Part shown: one piece after another, positions 1 to 10,453 of the stretch | Layout of the letters: each line of letters starts with the position of its first letter | Position numbering within the stretch: position 1 is the first letter of the stretch | Origin: an uncultured Acidimicrobiales bacterium | GTDB lineage: Bacteria; Actinomycetota; Acidimicrobiia; Acidimicrobiales; UBA8190 | Length of the DNA stretch: 64,000 bases | Assembly: GCA_963758765.1 (NCBI GenBank) | Contig: CAVWWR010000003.1 | Span: 1,046,939-1,110,938, forward strand | Reading direction: 5' to 3' | The notes under the pieces: generated by a model | Databases searched by the model: none | What the model was told of the DNA's origin: nothing | What the model saw: only the letters and a program-made list of their open reading frames with translations | Translations under genes and position numbers: made by a program

Positions 1-2
1 CT

Positions 3-185
3 CTCGACGCCAGTCTGGAGTTCTTGCTCGGTACCAATATTGCTCGGGCACTCCTCGACCCCGCGCCCCCCGATGCTCGCGCTCGGGCCGTCAACGCCGT
101 GACGGAGGCGCTCGCCGAGCACTTCGAACCCGATCATGGTGTGCGACTGGGTTCCGGGGCGTGGCTTGTCACCGCACGACGCTGA
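3..185 (+). CDS. 3' end of an unidentified protein (partial; continues upstream of the window)
   Basis: Open frame from the window edge to TGA at 183-185. The translation ...LAEHFEPDHGVRLGSGAWLVTARR is protein-like. No family recognised. Confidence 0.3.
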   Translation, partial: LDASLEFLLGTNIARALLDPAPPDARARAVNAVTEALAEHFEPDHGVRLGSGAWLVTARR

Positions 186-327
186 TGCTGGGAAGCGCCC
201 TGGTGAGTTTCCACATTGGGTGTCGGCTCCCGAGCGTGTCGCCGGCGGACCGGGCATCCTGACCCGGCAGATTTCCCGATTGGGCCACCGTCCCGGGGCC
301 CCAGGGGGACGGGGCCTGCGGCCAGTG

Positions 328-1410
328 TCAGGCGGTACTGCGGTCCTGAAACGTGTGGCGATAGGCCTGGGGACTGATGTGGACGATCCGGCTGAAATGC
401 TTGCGGAGATTGCCTGCCGTGCAAAGACCACTTTTCTCTGCCACTGACTCGATTGATAGGTCACTGACTTCGAGCAGCCGTTGAGCGAGCTGGACACGCT
501 GGCGGAGTAGCCATTGGTAGGGAGTGGTTCCCGTGGCAACCAGGAATCGACGGGCGAACGTTCGGGGACTCATGGCAGAACGGAGTGCAAGGTCTTCGAC
601 GGTCACTGGTTCGTCGAGATGGGCCTGCACCCATACAACCGTGTCAGCGAACATGTTGGAACTGTCAACTACCGGAAGCGGGTGCTCGATATACTGGGCT
701 TGGCCCCCGTCGCGTTGCGGCGGAACAACCAGTTGACGGGCGAGTTGCGTGGCGACCTCGCTCCCGTAGTCCTGCCGGACCACGTGCATACAGAGGTCAA
801 TGCTGGCGGCACTGCCTGCGGACGTGAGGATGTCGCCCTCATCGACAAAGAGGACATCGGAGTCGACCGACAAGAGGGGATAGCGGCGGGCCAGGTCGTC
901 GCACTCCGTCCAGTGCGTGGTGGCACGTCGCCCATCGAGTAATCCTGCTTCGGCCAGGACAAAAGCTCCCGTGCACAGGGAAAGGATTCGGCACCCACGG
1001 GCGTGCGCTTGCCGCAGTGCTTCAAACACGCTTTGCGATATGTCTCTGGGTCGGTACGTCGGTGACACGATCAGGGTGTCCACCTCGGCGAGCATCTCTA
1101 GCCCGTGAGGCACCAGGATCTGGAAGCCACCGTCCGCTGTCACCGGAGCCGAGTTATCCCCACAGATGAAGAGGCGGTACCACGGATCACCCGGAGCCAC
1201 CCATCGGTCGTCGCCGAACACTTCACAGACCACACCGAGCTCGAATGGGGTGAACCCGTCGTAGACCACGATGGCGACATCGTGGGACGCACGCTTCGAC
1301 ACACCGCGGCGGTCAGCCGGGGACCGGTCTGGGTCCCGAAAACTTGATGGGCTGGCTGATTTGGCTGGTTCGCCCCCTTTGGCAGGTTTGTCGCGCACTA
1401 TGTCAATCAT
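328..1410 (-). CDS. GlxA-family transcriptional regulator (DJ-1/PfpI-like domain + AraC-type HTH)
   Basis: 360-aa ORF. DJ-1/PfpI nucleophile-elbow region ILSLCTGAFVLAEAGLLDGRRATTHW. C-terminal AraC-type HTH (SIESVAEKSGLCTAGNLRKHFSRIVHISPQAYR). Confidence 0.85.
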   Translation of the reverse strand: MIDIVRDKPAKGGEPAKSASPSSFRDPDRSPADRRGVSKRASHDVAIVVYDGFTPFELGVVCEVFGDDRWVAPGDPWYRLFICGDNSAPVTADGGFQILVPHGLEMLAEVDTLIVSPTYRPRDISQSVFEALRQAHARGCRILSLCTGAFVLAEAGLLDGRRATTHWTECDDLARRYPLLSVDSDVLFVDEGDILTSAGSAASIDLCMHVVRQDYGSEVATQLARQLVVPPQRDGGQAQYIEHPLPVVDSSNMFADTVVWVQAHLDEPVTVEDLALRSAMSPRTFARRFLVATGTTPYQWLLRQRVQLAQRLLEVSDLSIESVAEKSGLCTAGNLRKHFSRIVHISPQAYRHTFQDRSTA

Positions 1411-1597
1411 GCCACTTTCGGAGCTCGGTGTCTGCGCCCACCATGGGGGTATGACTCCAGCCGGGTTCTTTCGAGTGATTGCACGTGAGAGGGCGAGCGA
1501 GGAGCGAGGGACTACCCGACGACAAAGCCGGCAGGAGCGGCGGTCGGGGCGCGTTCAGTCTGAAGGGCCATGTGCAGGATCGACGACGTTGCTCGTC

Positions 1598-2065
1598 ATG
1601 GACCCTGACGACCCTCAGCAACTCAGGGCTCGATCCATTCGGCGATGGGACCGCCTTGTGGGCCGATTCTTGGCCTCCTCTCTCGATCGCCAACTCGCGC
1701 TGGGACGCCCGCCCGAGTCCAACCGACGCTTGGCCGCCCGAGCTCATGTGCTCGTCGCACCGCTCAAGCGTGGCGAATTGGTCCAAAACTGGGAAAACGT
1801 CCTGGTACAAGCGCGTAGGCCTCCCGTCATGCGCAATCTGCGAGTGCCCCTCAACCGCGAAGATATCCTCGTGTGCGAACCTCACATACAAGAGATGCTC
1901 AACTCACTCGTGGCTCCACGACCGGCTCCGGCACGCGGCACGGCCATGGTGAGTTGGCTTCTCAGCAATGGCGAGGGACCCCTCTACAATCCTCGCCGCT
2001 CGGCTGAATTGGTCATTGCCATAAGGGAAGCGATCGCGCTTTTGGACCCATCGGTGCCGCTGTAA
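1598..2065 (+). CDS. hypothetical protein
   Basis: The internal Met (MDPDDPQQLRARS...) of ORF 1271..2065 gives a 155-aa helical-looking protein. The part of the ORF upstream overlaps the regulator gene on the other strand. No family recognised. Confidence 0.45.
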   Translation: MDPDDPQQLRARSIRRWDRLVGRFLASSLDRQLALGRPPESNRRLAARAHVLVAPLKRGELVQNWENVLVQARRPPVMRNLRVPLNREDILVCEPHIQEMLNSLVAPRPAPARGTAMVSWLLSNGEGPLYNPRRSAELVIAIREAIALLDPSVPL

Positions 2066-2213
2066 AACAGAATCTGCCTAAACCGGCTGGATGCAGCCGC
2101 TGCCCATGGCGCTCTGAGAGACGTCTAAAGAGATAGCAGCGCGGCGTTCCTCTGGGTTGGGGATTCGGTGATAAGGATCACGAAAAAGGACCAGGTAACA
2201 GAGGGGCTCAATC

Positions 2214-2588
2214 ATGTCCATTGACCACGTGCTTGCCGTTGTCCCGGTTGCCGACATGCAAACGGCGCGGCCGTGGTATGAGCTCCTCATGGGTCGCCCG
2301 GAAGACAATCATCCCATGACCACACTGGTCGAGTGGAGGATCGCCGACAAGGGTTGGATGCAGGTGTTTCATGATCCAGAACGAGTCGGGTCCACGCTCC
2401 TCAATTTTGCCGTCGACGACCTGGAAAAGCACATCGCCGAACTCATGGCAAGGGGTTTGACTTCGGGCGATATCGAAACGGCGAACAAGGGCGTGCGGCT
2501 GTCGACCATCATCGACCCCGACGGCAACCGGATCACCTTTATCGGAGGCTTCCGCGAAGTGCACGCTAGCGAGCGCGAACGCTCCTGA
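2214..2588 (+). CDS. VOC (glyoxalase/bleomycin-resistance/dioxygenase fold) family protein
   Basis: 124 aa. Begins IDHVLAVVPVADMQTARPWYELLMG and ends STIIDPDGNRITFIG, both typical of single-domain VOC proteins. Confidence 0.85.
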   Translation: MSIDHVLAVVPVADMQTARPWYELLMGRPEDNHPMTTLVEWRIADKGWMQVFHDPERVGSTLLNFAVDDLEKHIAELMARGLTSGDIETANKGVRLSTIIDPDGNRITFIGGFREVHASERERS

Positions 2589-2656
2589 GATCGTGGCCTC
2601 TGTGGAGACCTCGAGGTCGAAGTGTGGACTCGCCGGCAAAGGGCTGGGCCAAGTCC

Positions 2657-3715
2657 CTAGGCCACGCGAAGCGAGTGCAGGATAGCCCGGGCTGTTACGC
2701 CCGAGCCTGCCAGTCCAACCTCGATCGCCACCGGCTGGGCTCTTCCGGGAACGTGAACAGCGGCCACCAGGATTCCGTAAGGGTCGCTCACCGAGGGGCA
2801 GACGCTCAGCTCGTGGATGTTCAGGCACGTCCCGAGGCCAGTATCGGGGAAGATTGGCCCGTACATCCCGGGGTCGATCAGCAGCCCGTCGGTGGGCAAC
2901 TGGGTTGGTTGCCCACCGAGCGACTGGCTGGGGCAGCTCGGCAGGATCGAGGTGGACCCGCGATCGAAAGTCACACCCGATTCGTTCATGACAAATTCGA
3001 ACCCGCAGCCGGTGGTCCAGTTCGACAGCACTTGCGCCGGCCATTGGGCCGGGACGCTAACGCTGATCCCCCCGAAGGAGACGAGGTGCCACCCGGCAGG
3101 AACAGGGGGCACAGAACCCGAGGCGAGCGCCACCGCCCGCGGCGAATGGGCGAGTGTGTCGATCACCGGGGTCCGTTCGCCGAGACTTTCGTCGTCGACG
3201 ATCTCGACCCCGAGCGACGGCACCACGTACCAGGTGGGGCACGGCCCCGACGCCGCACAGGCGGTCTCTCCCGCCGTGTCCACCACGATCCCGTTGATCA
3301 CCACTGGTGGGGGGTTGGTAAACCGCCCCGATATCTCGATGGGGCCGACTTTCACCCCCGACGACCCTGCTTCTGGCACCGTCTCGATGGGACAGGGCGG
3401 CGATCCCTGGCCAGGTGTGGTGGCTGTACTGCCAGGTCGTTGCAGCATCATCGTCCCTGGCGCATTGGGTGCTTCACAGCCATCGAGCGTGACGTACCAG
3501 TCCGCTGGAACTGAGAGCTGGGCATCGCCGTAGTCAACGGGTACCCATCCGGCAGGGGTGGCAGCGGCGTCCACGACGATCTTGGACGAGATCCGAGCCG
3601 GTATCTCGCTGGATGCGGATCGAGACGGCTTCAAGGTGTGCCGAGGGTCCCCGCAGGCGACGGCGACAATCGCTACGACCGCCAGAAGTGCTCCGACCAC
3701 TTGCCGCCCAGCCAT
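2657..3715 (-). CDS. secreted lipoprotein of unknown function
   Basis: 352 aa. N-terminal signal with a lipobox-like LLAVVAIVAVAC-G. The remainder is Gly/Pro/Thr/Val-rich and beta-rich with paired Cys. No family recognised. Confidence 0.7.
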   Translation of the reverse strand: MAGRQVVGALLAVVAIVAVACGDPRHTLKPSRSASSEIPARISSKIVVDAAATPAGWVPVDYGDAQLSVPADWYVTLDGCEAPNAPGTMMLQRPGSTATTPGQGSPPCPIETVPEAGSSGVKVGPIEISGRFTNPPPVVINGIVVDTAGETACAASGPCPTWYVVPSLGVEIVDDESLGERTPVIDTLAHSPRAVALASGSVPPVPAGWHLVSFGGISVSVPAQWPAQVLSNWTTGCGFEFVMNESGVTFDRGSTSILPSCPSQSLGGQPTQLPTDGLLIDPGMYGPIFPDTGLGTCLNIHELSVCPSVSDPYGILVAAVHVPGRAQPVAIEVGLAGSGVTARAILHSLRVA

Positions 3716-3926
3716 TTCGACCTCCTGGTACTCGCGCTGCCCCCAGTCTCAGACGTTGACGACTGAGAAAGAGTTCCCGGCCCACAGGCATAGTGGGCCC
3801 GTGAAGGGAGAATCGTGGCTCCTGGCCCAAGCAACGGAGCTGAGTCACGAGCGCGAGTCCATGGGGGGAGCCGCGAGGATCGCAAGGCGGCCGAGAATTT
3901 TGCCGGAGATCCGAAGGCCGTAGGAC

Positions 3927-4709
3927 CTATTTAGTTCGTCGTGCCCTCATCAGTGGGTCGCCGACAGGAGAGAGGGCCGAGGTGCGCGCACTCGAAGGCT
4001 TCCGGATACGGGTCAGAGAGGGCGGAGGTGCTACCCCTCCGCGAGTGCGAGAGACCGCCAATGAACGTAAGAGGACCAAGGTAGCTACGGCGATTGCTAT
4101 TGCTACCCGCTCTGTCAAGCCACGAGACGCAATCGTGCTCATCTTGTAACCCAGAATGGCGAAGAGTTCTGCAACGCCCAGGGATCGGAGCAATTGCACC
4201 CGAGCTGCGCTGGTTTTTCGCGCCAAGTCGAAGCCCAGTGCGAAGGTAGCCGCCGGCAACGTGAGGCAGATGATCAGCATGCCGACGCCGTGTACCGTGC
4301 CATCGACGGTTTCCGGAACTCGAGGGTGGTCGGTGTTGTAGCCGGCGTCGAGAAACAACCCGATGGCAGTACAAGCGAGCAGTAGAAGTCCCACAGGCCG
4401 CCACGAGGAGGACTCGGGCATGAGATGAAGACTCATTGCTGTAGCCAGCACGCCGAGCCCCAGAGCGACAAAGGCGGCCCGCATGAGCCAGCCGTAGCTG
4501 CCCAGTGAGTACTCACTGACTGTGTGCTGTAAGGGATTCAAGGCGCCGCGAAGACCGTGAAGAGCCAGGAGTGCCACGACAAATGCGGCAAGCCCTCCGA
4601 AACTGATGAGGTGGGAGAGCAGGAGCCAGTTGGGCCTCTTGGCCAGAGGAGAGCCTGCGTCTCGACTCATGTCAGCTGGGCACGACGAGGTCGGCGGTAC
4701 CCGGATCAT
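3927..4709 (-). CDS. DUF998-like integral membrane protein
   Basis: About 6 hydrophobic segments. Motif HTVSEYSLGSYGWLMRAAFVALGLG resembles DUF998 (recalled, not searched). The start may be the internal Met at 4670. Confidence 0.7.
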   Translation of the reverse strand: MIRVPPTSSCPADMSRDAGSPLAKRPNWLLLSHLISFGGLAAFVVALLALHGLRGALNPLQHTVSEYSLGSYGWLMRAAFVALGLGVLATAMSLHLMPESSSWRPVGLLLLACTAIGLFLDAGYNTDHPRVPETVDGTVHGVGMLIICLTLPAATFALGFDLARKTSAARVQLLRSLGVAELFAILGYKMSTIASRGLTERVAIAIAVATLVLLRSLAVSRTRGGVAPPPSLTRIRKPSSARTSALSPVGDPLMRARRTK

Positions 4710-4904
4710 GAAACCGTACGTCCGCTCGCCGACGCCAGGGTCTGGGGCGTCGTCAGGGTGCCCTCCCTTCGGGGATCACCTATCGCTGAGGATGGTACTC
4801 CCAAGACACGCCCGCCGCCGCCGGCACTTCGTCAGCTCAACCCGAGCCGGCGCGGGACGATAGACCTCGTTGTTGGGGGTCTGCTCGGATCGTAGAGTGC
4901 TGTC

Positions 4905-5864
4905 GTGAGCGGCACGATGCCGGGTGGAGTGGCGGGAGCTTCGTCGCCGTCCACCCTTAGGCTTCAACCGATGCCCGCCCCCGATCAGGCCACCCGTTTC
5001 ACCATCGAAAGGGGGTTGCATGCGATTGGGCGGGCAGAGGGGCTCGTGGGGATAGTTGCAATGTCCGGAGGTGCCGTTGCGCAGACTTGGCGATTGACCT
5101 ACGCCGACGGCTCCCATCTCGTGGCCAAGACCATGACAGACGTACCACAAGGCCTGTTCGGGGTCGAAGCCTCTGGCCTGGCCGCGCTTCGGGCCACTTG
5201 CTGTGTGCGAACCCCAGATGTGCTGGCCGATCTCGAGAACCTTCTCCTCCTGGAATCGCTCCAGCCCGCCGAGGATAATCCTCGCTACTGGGAGCGACTG
5301 GCCACCGATCTCGCTGCTCTGCATGCGAGCACAGTCCACAGTCGTTTCGGATGGCACCATGACGGATTCCTTGGTCGACTGGCTCAACACAACGATTGGA
5401 CGGTCGGGGGGCATAAGTTCTTTGCCGAACATCGCCTTCTCCGATACCTCAGAGAGCCTATGACCCAACGAGTCATGGCCCAGCAGGATCAACGTGCGCT
5501 TGAGAGGCTCTGTGACCGACTGCCGTCGCTTGTCCCCGACATGCCACCGGTTCTGACCCACGGCGACCTGTGGAGCGGCAATTTGCTCACCGCACCTGAT
5601 CGCCGGCCAGTGCTGATCGACCCCGCGGTCTCATTCGGGTGGGCTGAGGTCGATCTTTCGATGATGTGGTGCGAGCGTCGTCCGGAGGGTTCGATTCGCT
5701 TCTTCGATCGATACCGAGAGCTTCAGCCCCTGGCTCCCGGCTGGAAGACCAGAATGCCTATCCTTCATCTCCGGGAGTTGCTCTGTGTCGTCGCACATGT
5801 GGGAAACGCGTGGGGAACCGCCGACCTCGTGAGCCAGGTGCTGGCCCCTTTTCGTGCGACGTGA
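4905..5864 (+). CDS. fructosamine/ketosamine kinase-family phosphotransferase
   Basis: 319 aa. Catalytic-loop motif PVLTHGDLWSGNLL followed by LIDPAVSFGWAEVDLSMM, as in the fructosamine-3-kinase / APH fold. Confidence 0.8.
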   Translation: MSGTMPGGVAGASSPSTLRLQPMPAPDQATRFTIERGLHAIGRAEGLVGIVAMSGGAVAQTWRLTYADGSHLVAKTMTDVPQGLFGVEASGLAALRATCCVRTPDVLADLENLLLLESLQPAEDNPRYWERLATDLAALHASTVHSRFGWHHDGFLGRLAQHNDWTVGGHKFFAEHRLLRYLREPMTQRVMAQQDQRALERLCDRLPSLVPDMPPVLTHGDLWSGNLLTAPDRRPVLIDPAVSFGWAEVDLSMMWCERRPEGSIRFFDRYRELQPLAPGWKTRMPILHLRELLCVVAHVGNAWGTADLVSQVLAPFRAT

Positions 5865-5946
5865 GTAGCTGGAGTACGTAGGCACAGGGCTGCCAGAAGA
5901 GCATGGCGAGAAGTAGTTCCCTAGGATCAGCTCGTCTAGTTGAGGG

Positions 5947-6744
5947 GTGCCCATGGTCGACGACGAACAAGAGAACCAGATACCGCCTTCTGGTCCGGTC
6001 GGCGGTCAGGCACCCGCTCCCGGCTCTCTTCCCCAATACCCGGCGCTCCCTACCACGCTGGGCGCTGGTTCGATACCGGGGCCACCGCCGATGCCCTGGG
6101 CCGACCGCGTCTACGCGGCTTGGCAACGCCGTGTCGATACGGACTACATCTTCAATTATTGGTCAGCATTGGGCTGGACGGTACTCACCCTCGGGATCTA
6201 CGGCCTTTACGTCTTCTATCAACTGGTACGTCGCATGAGGGACCACAACATGAGGCGTGTCGAGTTACTTGACGCCGCCCTTGCCTTCGGCTGGGAAACG
6301 GCCGGCCGGCGTGGACTGCAAGCTGAGCTCACCCCGTCGTTCCAGAGAGCTGAGGCCCACATGTCGGTGCTCCGACGCATGACGGCGGACTTCCGCGACC
6401 CGGTCATTTGGCTGGTCCTCTCCATCGTGGCCCGAGGAATCGTCGAGATCGTTGCCTTCGTCCTCTTGGATCAAGACCTCGTGAAGCACGATCGTGCCGA
6501 AGTCGGCGTCGAGTACGAGCTGTCTCTCATATTCGGACGGCTCGGCCATGCCGTGGCTGCACCCGACCAAGCTCGGGTGAAAGGCCAGAACAACTACGCC
6601 GGGCGCGTCGTGGCAACAATATTCTCGTTCGGGGTCTACCTGTTCTGGTGGTACCACGACCAGATGATCGAACCCAACCGCCATTTCCAGAACAACTGGA
6701 TTCAGGAGGACACCTTGGCGGCCGCGGTGCAGCAGCTTCGCTGA
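5947..6744 (+). CDS. DUF4234-like membrane protein with a Pro-rich N-terminus
   Basis: 265 aa. Two copies of the TLGIYGLYVFYQL / FSFGVYLFWWYHDQM type hydrophobic motif seen in DUF4234 proteins (recalled). Confidence 0.65.
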   Translation: MPMVDDEQENQIPPSGPVGGQAPAPGSLPQYPALPTTLGAGSIPGPPPMPWADRVYAAWQRRVDTDYIFNYWSALGWTVLTLGIYGLYVFYQLVRRMRDHNMRRVELLDAALAFGWETAGRRGLQAELTPSFQRAEAHMSVLRRMTADFRDPVIWLVLSIVARGIVEIVAFVLLDQDLVKHDRAEVGVEYELSLIFGRLGHAVAAPDQARVKGQNNYAGRVVATIFSFGVYLFWWYHDQMIEPNRHFQNNWIQEDTLAAAVQQLR

Positions 6745-6819
6745 CGTAGGGGTGATTGCGCAAAGGCCAAGGAGATGATCGACGAGGCTGTTGCTGGCGC
6801 GTCGAGGAGGGCCGTCTCC

Positions 6820-7599
6820 TTACGAGTCAAGGGCGGCGCAGCCGCGGACCGCTGCCTCGGCCGCCATACGGGCGGCCAGGGTGGTGTCGCGACTCAGGCG
6901 CTCGAGCTTCACCGCCAACTCGGGCTCGGCGGCGATGAGCCGCCCGATCTCAGCCATATTGCCCGAGCCGTCGGGGTTGGTCGCCGCCACGATCCTCTGG
7001 TCGAGCAGGCCGTCGAAGAACCTGTCGCCGATGCAACGGTAGACCGACCACGGGCAACCTTGGGCCTCGCAGACCTCGGCGACGGCCGAGGACTCCATAT
7101 CCACACCGAGGCAGCCCTCGTCTCGGAAACGCTGGCTCAGCCCGCTGTCGAGAGTTGCGTTCTCGGTAGTCATGAGCTTGCCGGCCCGGGGGACATCTCC
7201 CGGGGGGGTATGGAGGTAGGTGGCGCCGGTCGCGTACTCAATGATGAACTCGGGATTGATCAGGGTTCCGACCTCGATGTCGGGGTCGAGACCGCCGCAG
7301 ATTCCGGCGATCATCACGTGGTCGACCGGTACATGGTCGGGCACCGTCTCGTCGAACAACCGGGCCGCGGCCACTCGGGTCAAAGTCGGCCCCATGCCGA
7401 TGTGCATGGCGGTCACACTGGAGTTGCCGACTTGACCCGTCCAAGGTGCGCTCGTAACGCCGGCGGTGCGGCTCAGCCCGAAAGCGGTCACGATGGCGTT
7501 CATCTCGAGCGGCATGGGCGCCAGGATCACGACGTGGCGGTTGGCGGCGTCATTGCCCATGGCCATAGCTTTATCATCGAATGCGATCTCTGTCTTCAA
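6820..7599 (-). CDS. nucleoside phosphorylase superfamily protein (MTA/SAH-nucleosidase-like)
   Basis: 259 aa. Motifs VVILAPMPLEMNAI, MIAGICGGLDP and GVDMESSAVAEV match the PNP/UDP-1 fold. Confidence 0.7.
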   Translation of the reverse strand: MKTEIAFDDKAMAMGNDAANRHVVILAPMPLEMNAIVTAFGLSRTAGVTSAPWTGQVGNSSVTAMHIGMGPTLTRVAAARLFDETVPDHVPVDHVMIAGICGGLDPDIEVGTLINPEFIIEYATGATYLHTPPGDVPRAGKLMTTENATLDSGLSQRFRDEGCLGVDMESSAVAEVCEAQGCPWSVYRCIGDRFFDGLLDQRIVAATNPDGSGNMAEIGRLIAAEPELAVKLERLSRDTTLAARMAAEAAVRGCAALDS

Positions 7600-7898
7600 G
7601 GCGGCAGCGGTCGACGGGGGAACGGCTTATCAGCGCCGAGAGCAGCTTTGTGGTCTGGGCAGGGGGGCCATCTGACCGGGGGCAGGATCAACGGCCTGAT
7701 TGGACGCCTGCCTCGTGAAGGCATGCCTTGTCCCACTGCCACTGAAACCGGGAATAGCCTCGTCCCGTGGCCCCCATAGGCCGGTTCTCTCGAAGGAAGC
7801 GGGAGCAGGACGGTGCACCCGACCACCTGCCGCTATTCGCCGGACCGGTATCCAATGGCGAGTTCGTCCCGGCGTCAGCTAGTGCGCGTGACCAGGAC

Positions 7899-9320
7899 AT
7901 GAACGACCACATTCGCTCGTCTATCGATGCGGCGGCGAAAAGTCTCCACGTAGACCGTCGTCGATTCCTGCAGAGTGCGGGTGCCGTGGCGGCAGCACTT
8001 GCCACCTTCGAGCTGGCTGGGTGTACGGCAGCCGCGAATCGATCGTCGAAACACGCTTCGGTCGGCCGAGGAGGCACGTTCAATGTACCGAACCCCGAAG
8101 ACACCGCAGCGTGTCAACAGGCATTGAACGGCAGCGGCGAGTTCATCTTCGATGTGCACACCCACCACGTGATCCCGAGCGGTCCTTGGGTCCAAAACGC
8201 CCCAGAGACAGTCGGCCTCATCCTCGGCATGCTCCCACCGGGGTGCTCCGACGACCCTCGACTCGACTGCGTCGATCGTGCCACGTACCTTCACGATCTC
8301 TTCCTGGCGAGCGATACGACAATGGCGATGCTGAGCGACGTCCCCAACTCGGGCAGCTCGACCGCACCCGTACCCTTCCCCGACGCCCTGGGCACCCAAC
8401 AGATCACCGCCAGGCTCGATGGTGGGGGAGCGAGTCGTCTGTTGGTCCAGAACATCATCGCTCCCAACGTCGGACCCATTGGTGCCACGCTCGATGAGAT
8501 GTCAAGCGCCGCGCAGTCAGGTCCGCCTGCTGCGTTCAAGGTCTACACCGCTTGGAGCCCAACGGCCCAGGGGTTCTCATTGGAGGATCCAACCATCGGC
8601 CTTCCGACCGTCCAACACGCGCACGACCTGGGAGTGAAGGTCTTCGTTGGCCACAAAGGACTCCCGTTGGTGAACTTCGATCCGGCCTTCAATCATCCCG
8701 ACGACATCGTCGCAATCTCACGACAGTTTCCCGATATGAATTTCGTGATCTACCACGCCGCTTGGCAGCCCTCTCACGTCGAAGGCCCTTACGATCCGAC
8801 CGCCACCGTTGGGATTGACAGCTTGCTGGCCGCCCTCGACCGTCACAACGTGCCACCGAACGACAACGTTTGGGTGGACCTGGCAACAGCGTGGCGACAA
8901 CTACTCACTCAGCCGGACCAGGCCGCACACGCGCTGGGGAAGGTGCTCAGCCGGGTAGGGCAGGACAGGGTCATGTGGGGAACCGACGCCATCTGGTACG
9001 GCAGTCCCCAGCCGCAGATCATGGCCATGCGCGCCTTTCAGATCACTTCCGAGTTCCAGGATCTCTATCGCTATCCGGCCCTCACAGACGACTTGAAGGC
9101 AGCCATATTCGGCTTGAACGCGGCGAGCCTCTTCGGTGTCGACCCGGGTGCAACTCGTTGTGGACTCACGACAGATCCTCTCACCGCGAATATCGAAGAG
9201 TCTGCCGAGCTTCGCAACGTCGGCGCGGTTCCTTCTGCGTGGACTCCCCATGGTCCGACGACTCGTCGCCAAGTACTGCAGTGGCTCGGATCGCCCACCA
9301 CGCGGTGGGTACCTTTATAG
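7899..9320 (+). CDS. Tat-exported amidohydrolase-family (metal-dependent hydrolase) lipoprotein
   Basis: Twin-arginine motif DRRRFLQSAGAVAAALATFELAGC (Tat signal + lipobox). Metal motif FDVHTHH. Start placed at Met 7899 inside ORF 7767..9320. Confidence 0.8.
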   Translation: MNDHIRSSIDAAAKSLHVDRRRFLQSAGAVAAALATFELAGCTAAANRSSKHASVGRGGTFNVPNPEDTAACQQALNGSGEFIFDVHTHHVIPSGPWVQNAPETVGLILGMLPPGCSDDPRLDCVDRATYLHDLFLASDTTMAMLSDVPNSGSSTAPVPFPDALGTQQITARLDGGGASRLLVQNIIAPNVGPIGATLDEMSSAAQSGPPAAFKVYTAWSPTAQGFSLEDPTIGLPTVQHAHDLGVKVFVGHKGLPLVNFDPAFNHPDDIVAISRQFPDMNFVIYHAAWQPSHVEGPYDPTATVGIDSLLAALDRHNVPPNDNVWVDLATAWRQLLTQPDQAAHALGKVLSRVGQDRVMWGTDAIWYGSPQPQIMAMRAFQITSEFQDLYRYPALTDDLKAAIFGLNAASLFGVDPGATRCGLTTDPLTANIEESAELRNVGAVPSAWTPHGPTTRRQVLQWLGSPTTRWVPL

Positions 9321-9395
9321 GGAGTCGGACGCCTTGCGGATGTCGTGTCGGTGCGTGCTGCAAGATTCGCTTGTTATCTCTCGGTGCTGCTCAGC

Positions 9396-10118
9396 CTAGG
9401 CACGCCAGTGTTGCCCGCAAGTGTAGCCTCGGTCGTTGTTACTGTTTGTGCCGTCTGGGCAAATCGTGTTGCTCCATATGATGTGCCTGAGGTTGGAGCG
9501 GCTGAGGGTGGCGCCAAAGAGGTCGGCGTTAGTGAGATTGGCGTGTTCGAGGTAGGCGTACTTGAGGTGGGCGTCGGTCAGGTTGGCGTCGGTCAGGTTG
9601 GCGTAGTCGAAGTACGCGGCCTTGAGGGGAAGGTCGGCGAGGTTGATGCCGGTCAGGTTGCGGTACTCGAGATTGGCGCCTGGGCCGACGAGGTAGCCGT
9701 CGACGAGTGACCAGTACGGCGGCAACGAGGCCGGGGGCTCGGCGATCCCGGCCGAGGACATGTCGAAGAGGATGGCTCTGGTGAAGTTGGCGCCGGAAAT
9801 ATCGACGTCTTTGAGATAGGCGCTCGTGAGGTTGGCGCCGGCGAGGTCGGCGCCGGCGAGGTCAGCCCCATCGAGGGTGGCGTACCTGAGGTTGGCGCCG
9901 GCGAGGTCGGCACCGGCGAGGTCGGCGTTTCTGAGATGGGCACGGGTGAGGTTGGCGCCGGCGAGGTTGGCACCGGCGAGCTCGGCCCCCGACAGATCGC
10001 ACCCCGCGAGCTTCGTACCGACACCGAGGACGCAGCTGCGGACAGTTCGAGCCGCGAAGGCCGGTGTCTGCAGGAGCGCCACGCTGGTGAGCGGTAGCGC
10101 CACGGCCAGGACCCCCAT
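9396..10118 (-). CDS. pentapeptide-repeat protein with an N-terminal hydrophobic (signal-like) segment
   Basis: 240 aa. Long runs of A(D/N)LxGA pentapeptides (LSGAELAGANLAGANLTRAHLRNADLAGADLAGANL...). The DNA shows 15-bp periodicity (GGCGCCGGCGAGGTC-like) over about 9480-10030. Confidence 0.85.
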   Translation of the reverse strand: MGVLAVALPLTSVALLQTPAFAARTVRSCVLGVGTKLAGCDLSGAELAGANLAGANLTRAHLRNADLAGADLAGANLRYATLDGADLAGADLAGANLTSAYLKDVDISGANFTRAILFDMSSAGIAEPPASLPPYWSLVDGYLVGPGANLEYRNLTGINLADLPLKAAYFDYANLTDANLTDAHLKYAYLEHANLTNADLFGATLSRSNLRHIIWSNTICPDGTNSNNDRGYTCGQHWRA

Positions 10119-10453
10119 GAAGATCTGGCGTCCGCGATGGCGGATCGTTCTAGAAATCGTGCCCCCCTAACCGGCCCTGAACTCATGGCTGGATCGGCCG
10201 GTGTGGTCCACCGAGGCCAGCCCCACCCCCCAGAAAGCCCTTATCGAGGACGCGTGCCCCCAGCTATCGGCCGGCCTTGGTCCCCCGCAAGCCCCAATAG
10301 TCTCATGCGACGTCCCGAGGGTACAAGACCTGAAGAGTCATTTTTACGGACCCCATGGAATCCGCACGCTGAGCGTTGGAACACGCACAAAGTCTCCAAG
10401 GTGCGGATAGCGTGTCGACGATCCTGCGCCCGGTTCGATCGGGACCCCCGCGC

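Noticed and set aside
9480-10030. Regular short DNA repeats that could be mistaken for a CRISPR array or satellite.
   Set aside because: The period is 15 bp with no spacers, and the repeats lie entirely within a pentapeptide-repeat coding sequence. The 120-bp repeats at 19001-19738 are likewise coding.
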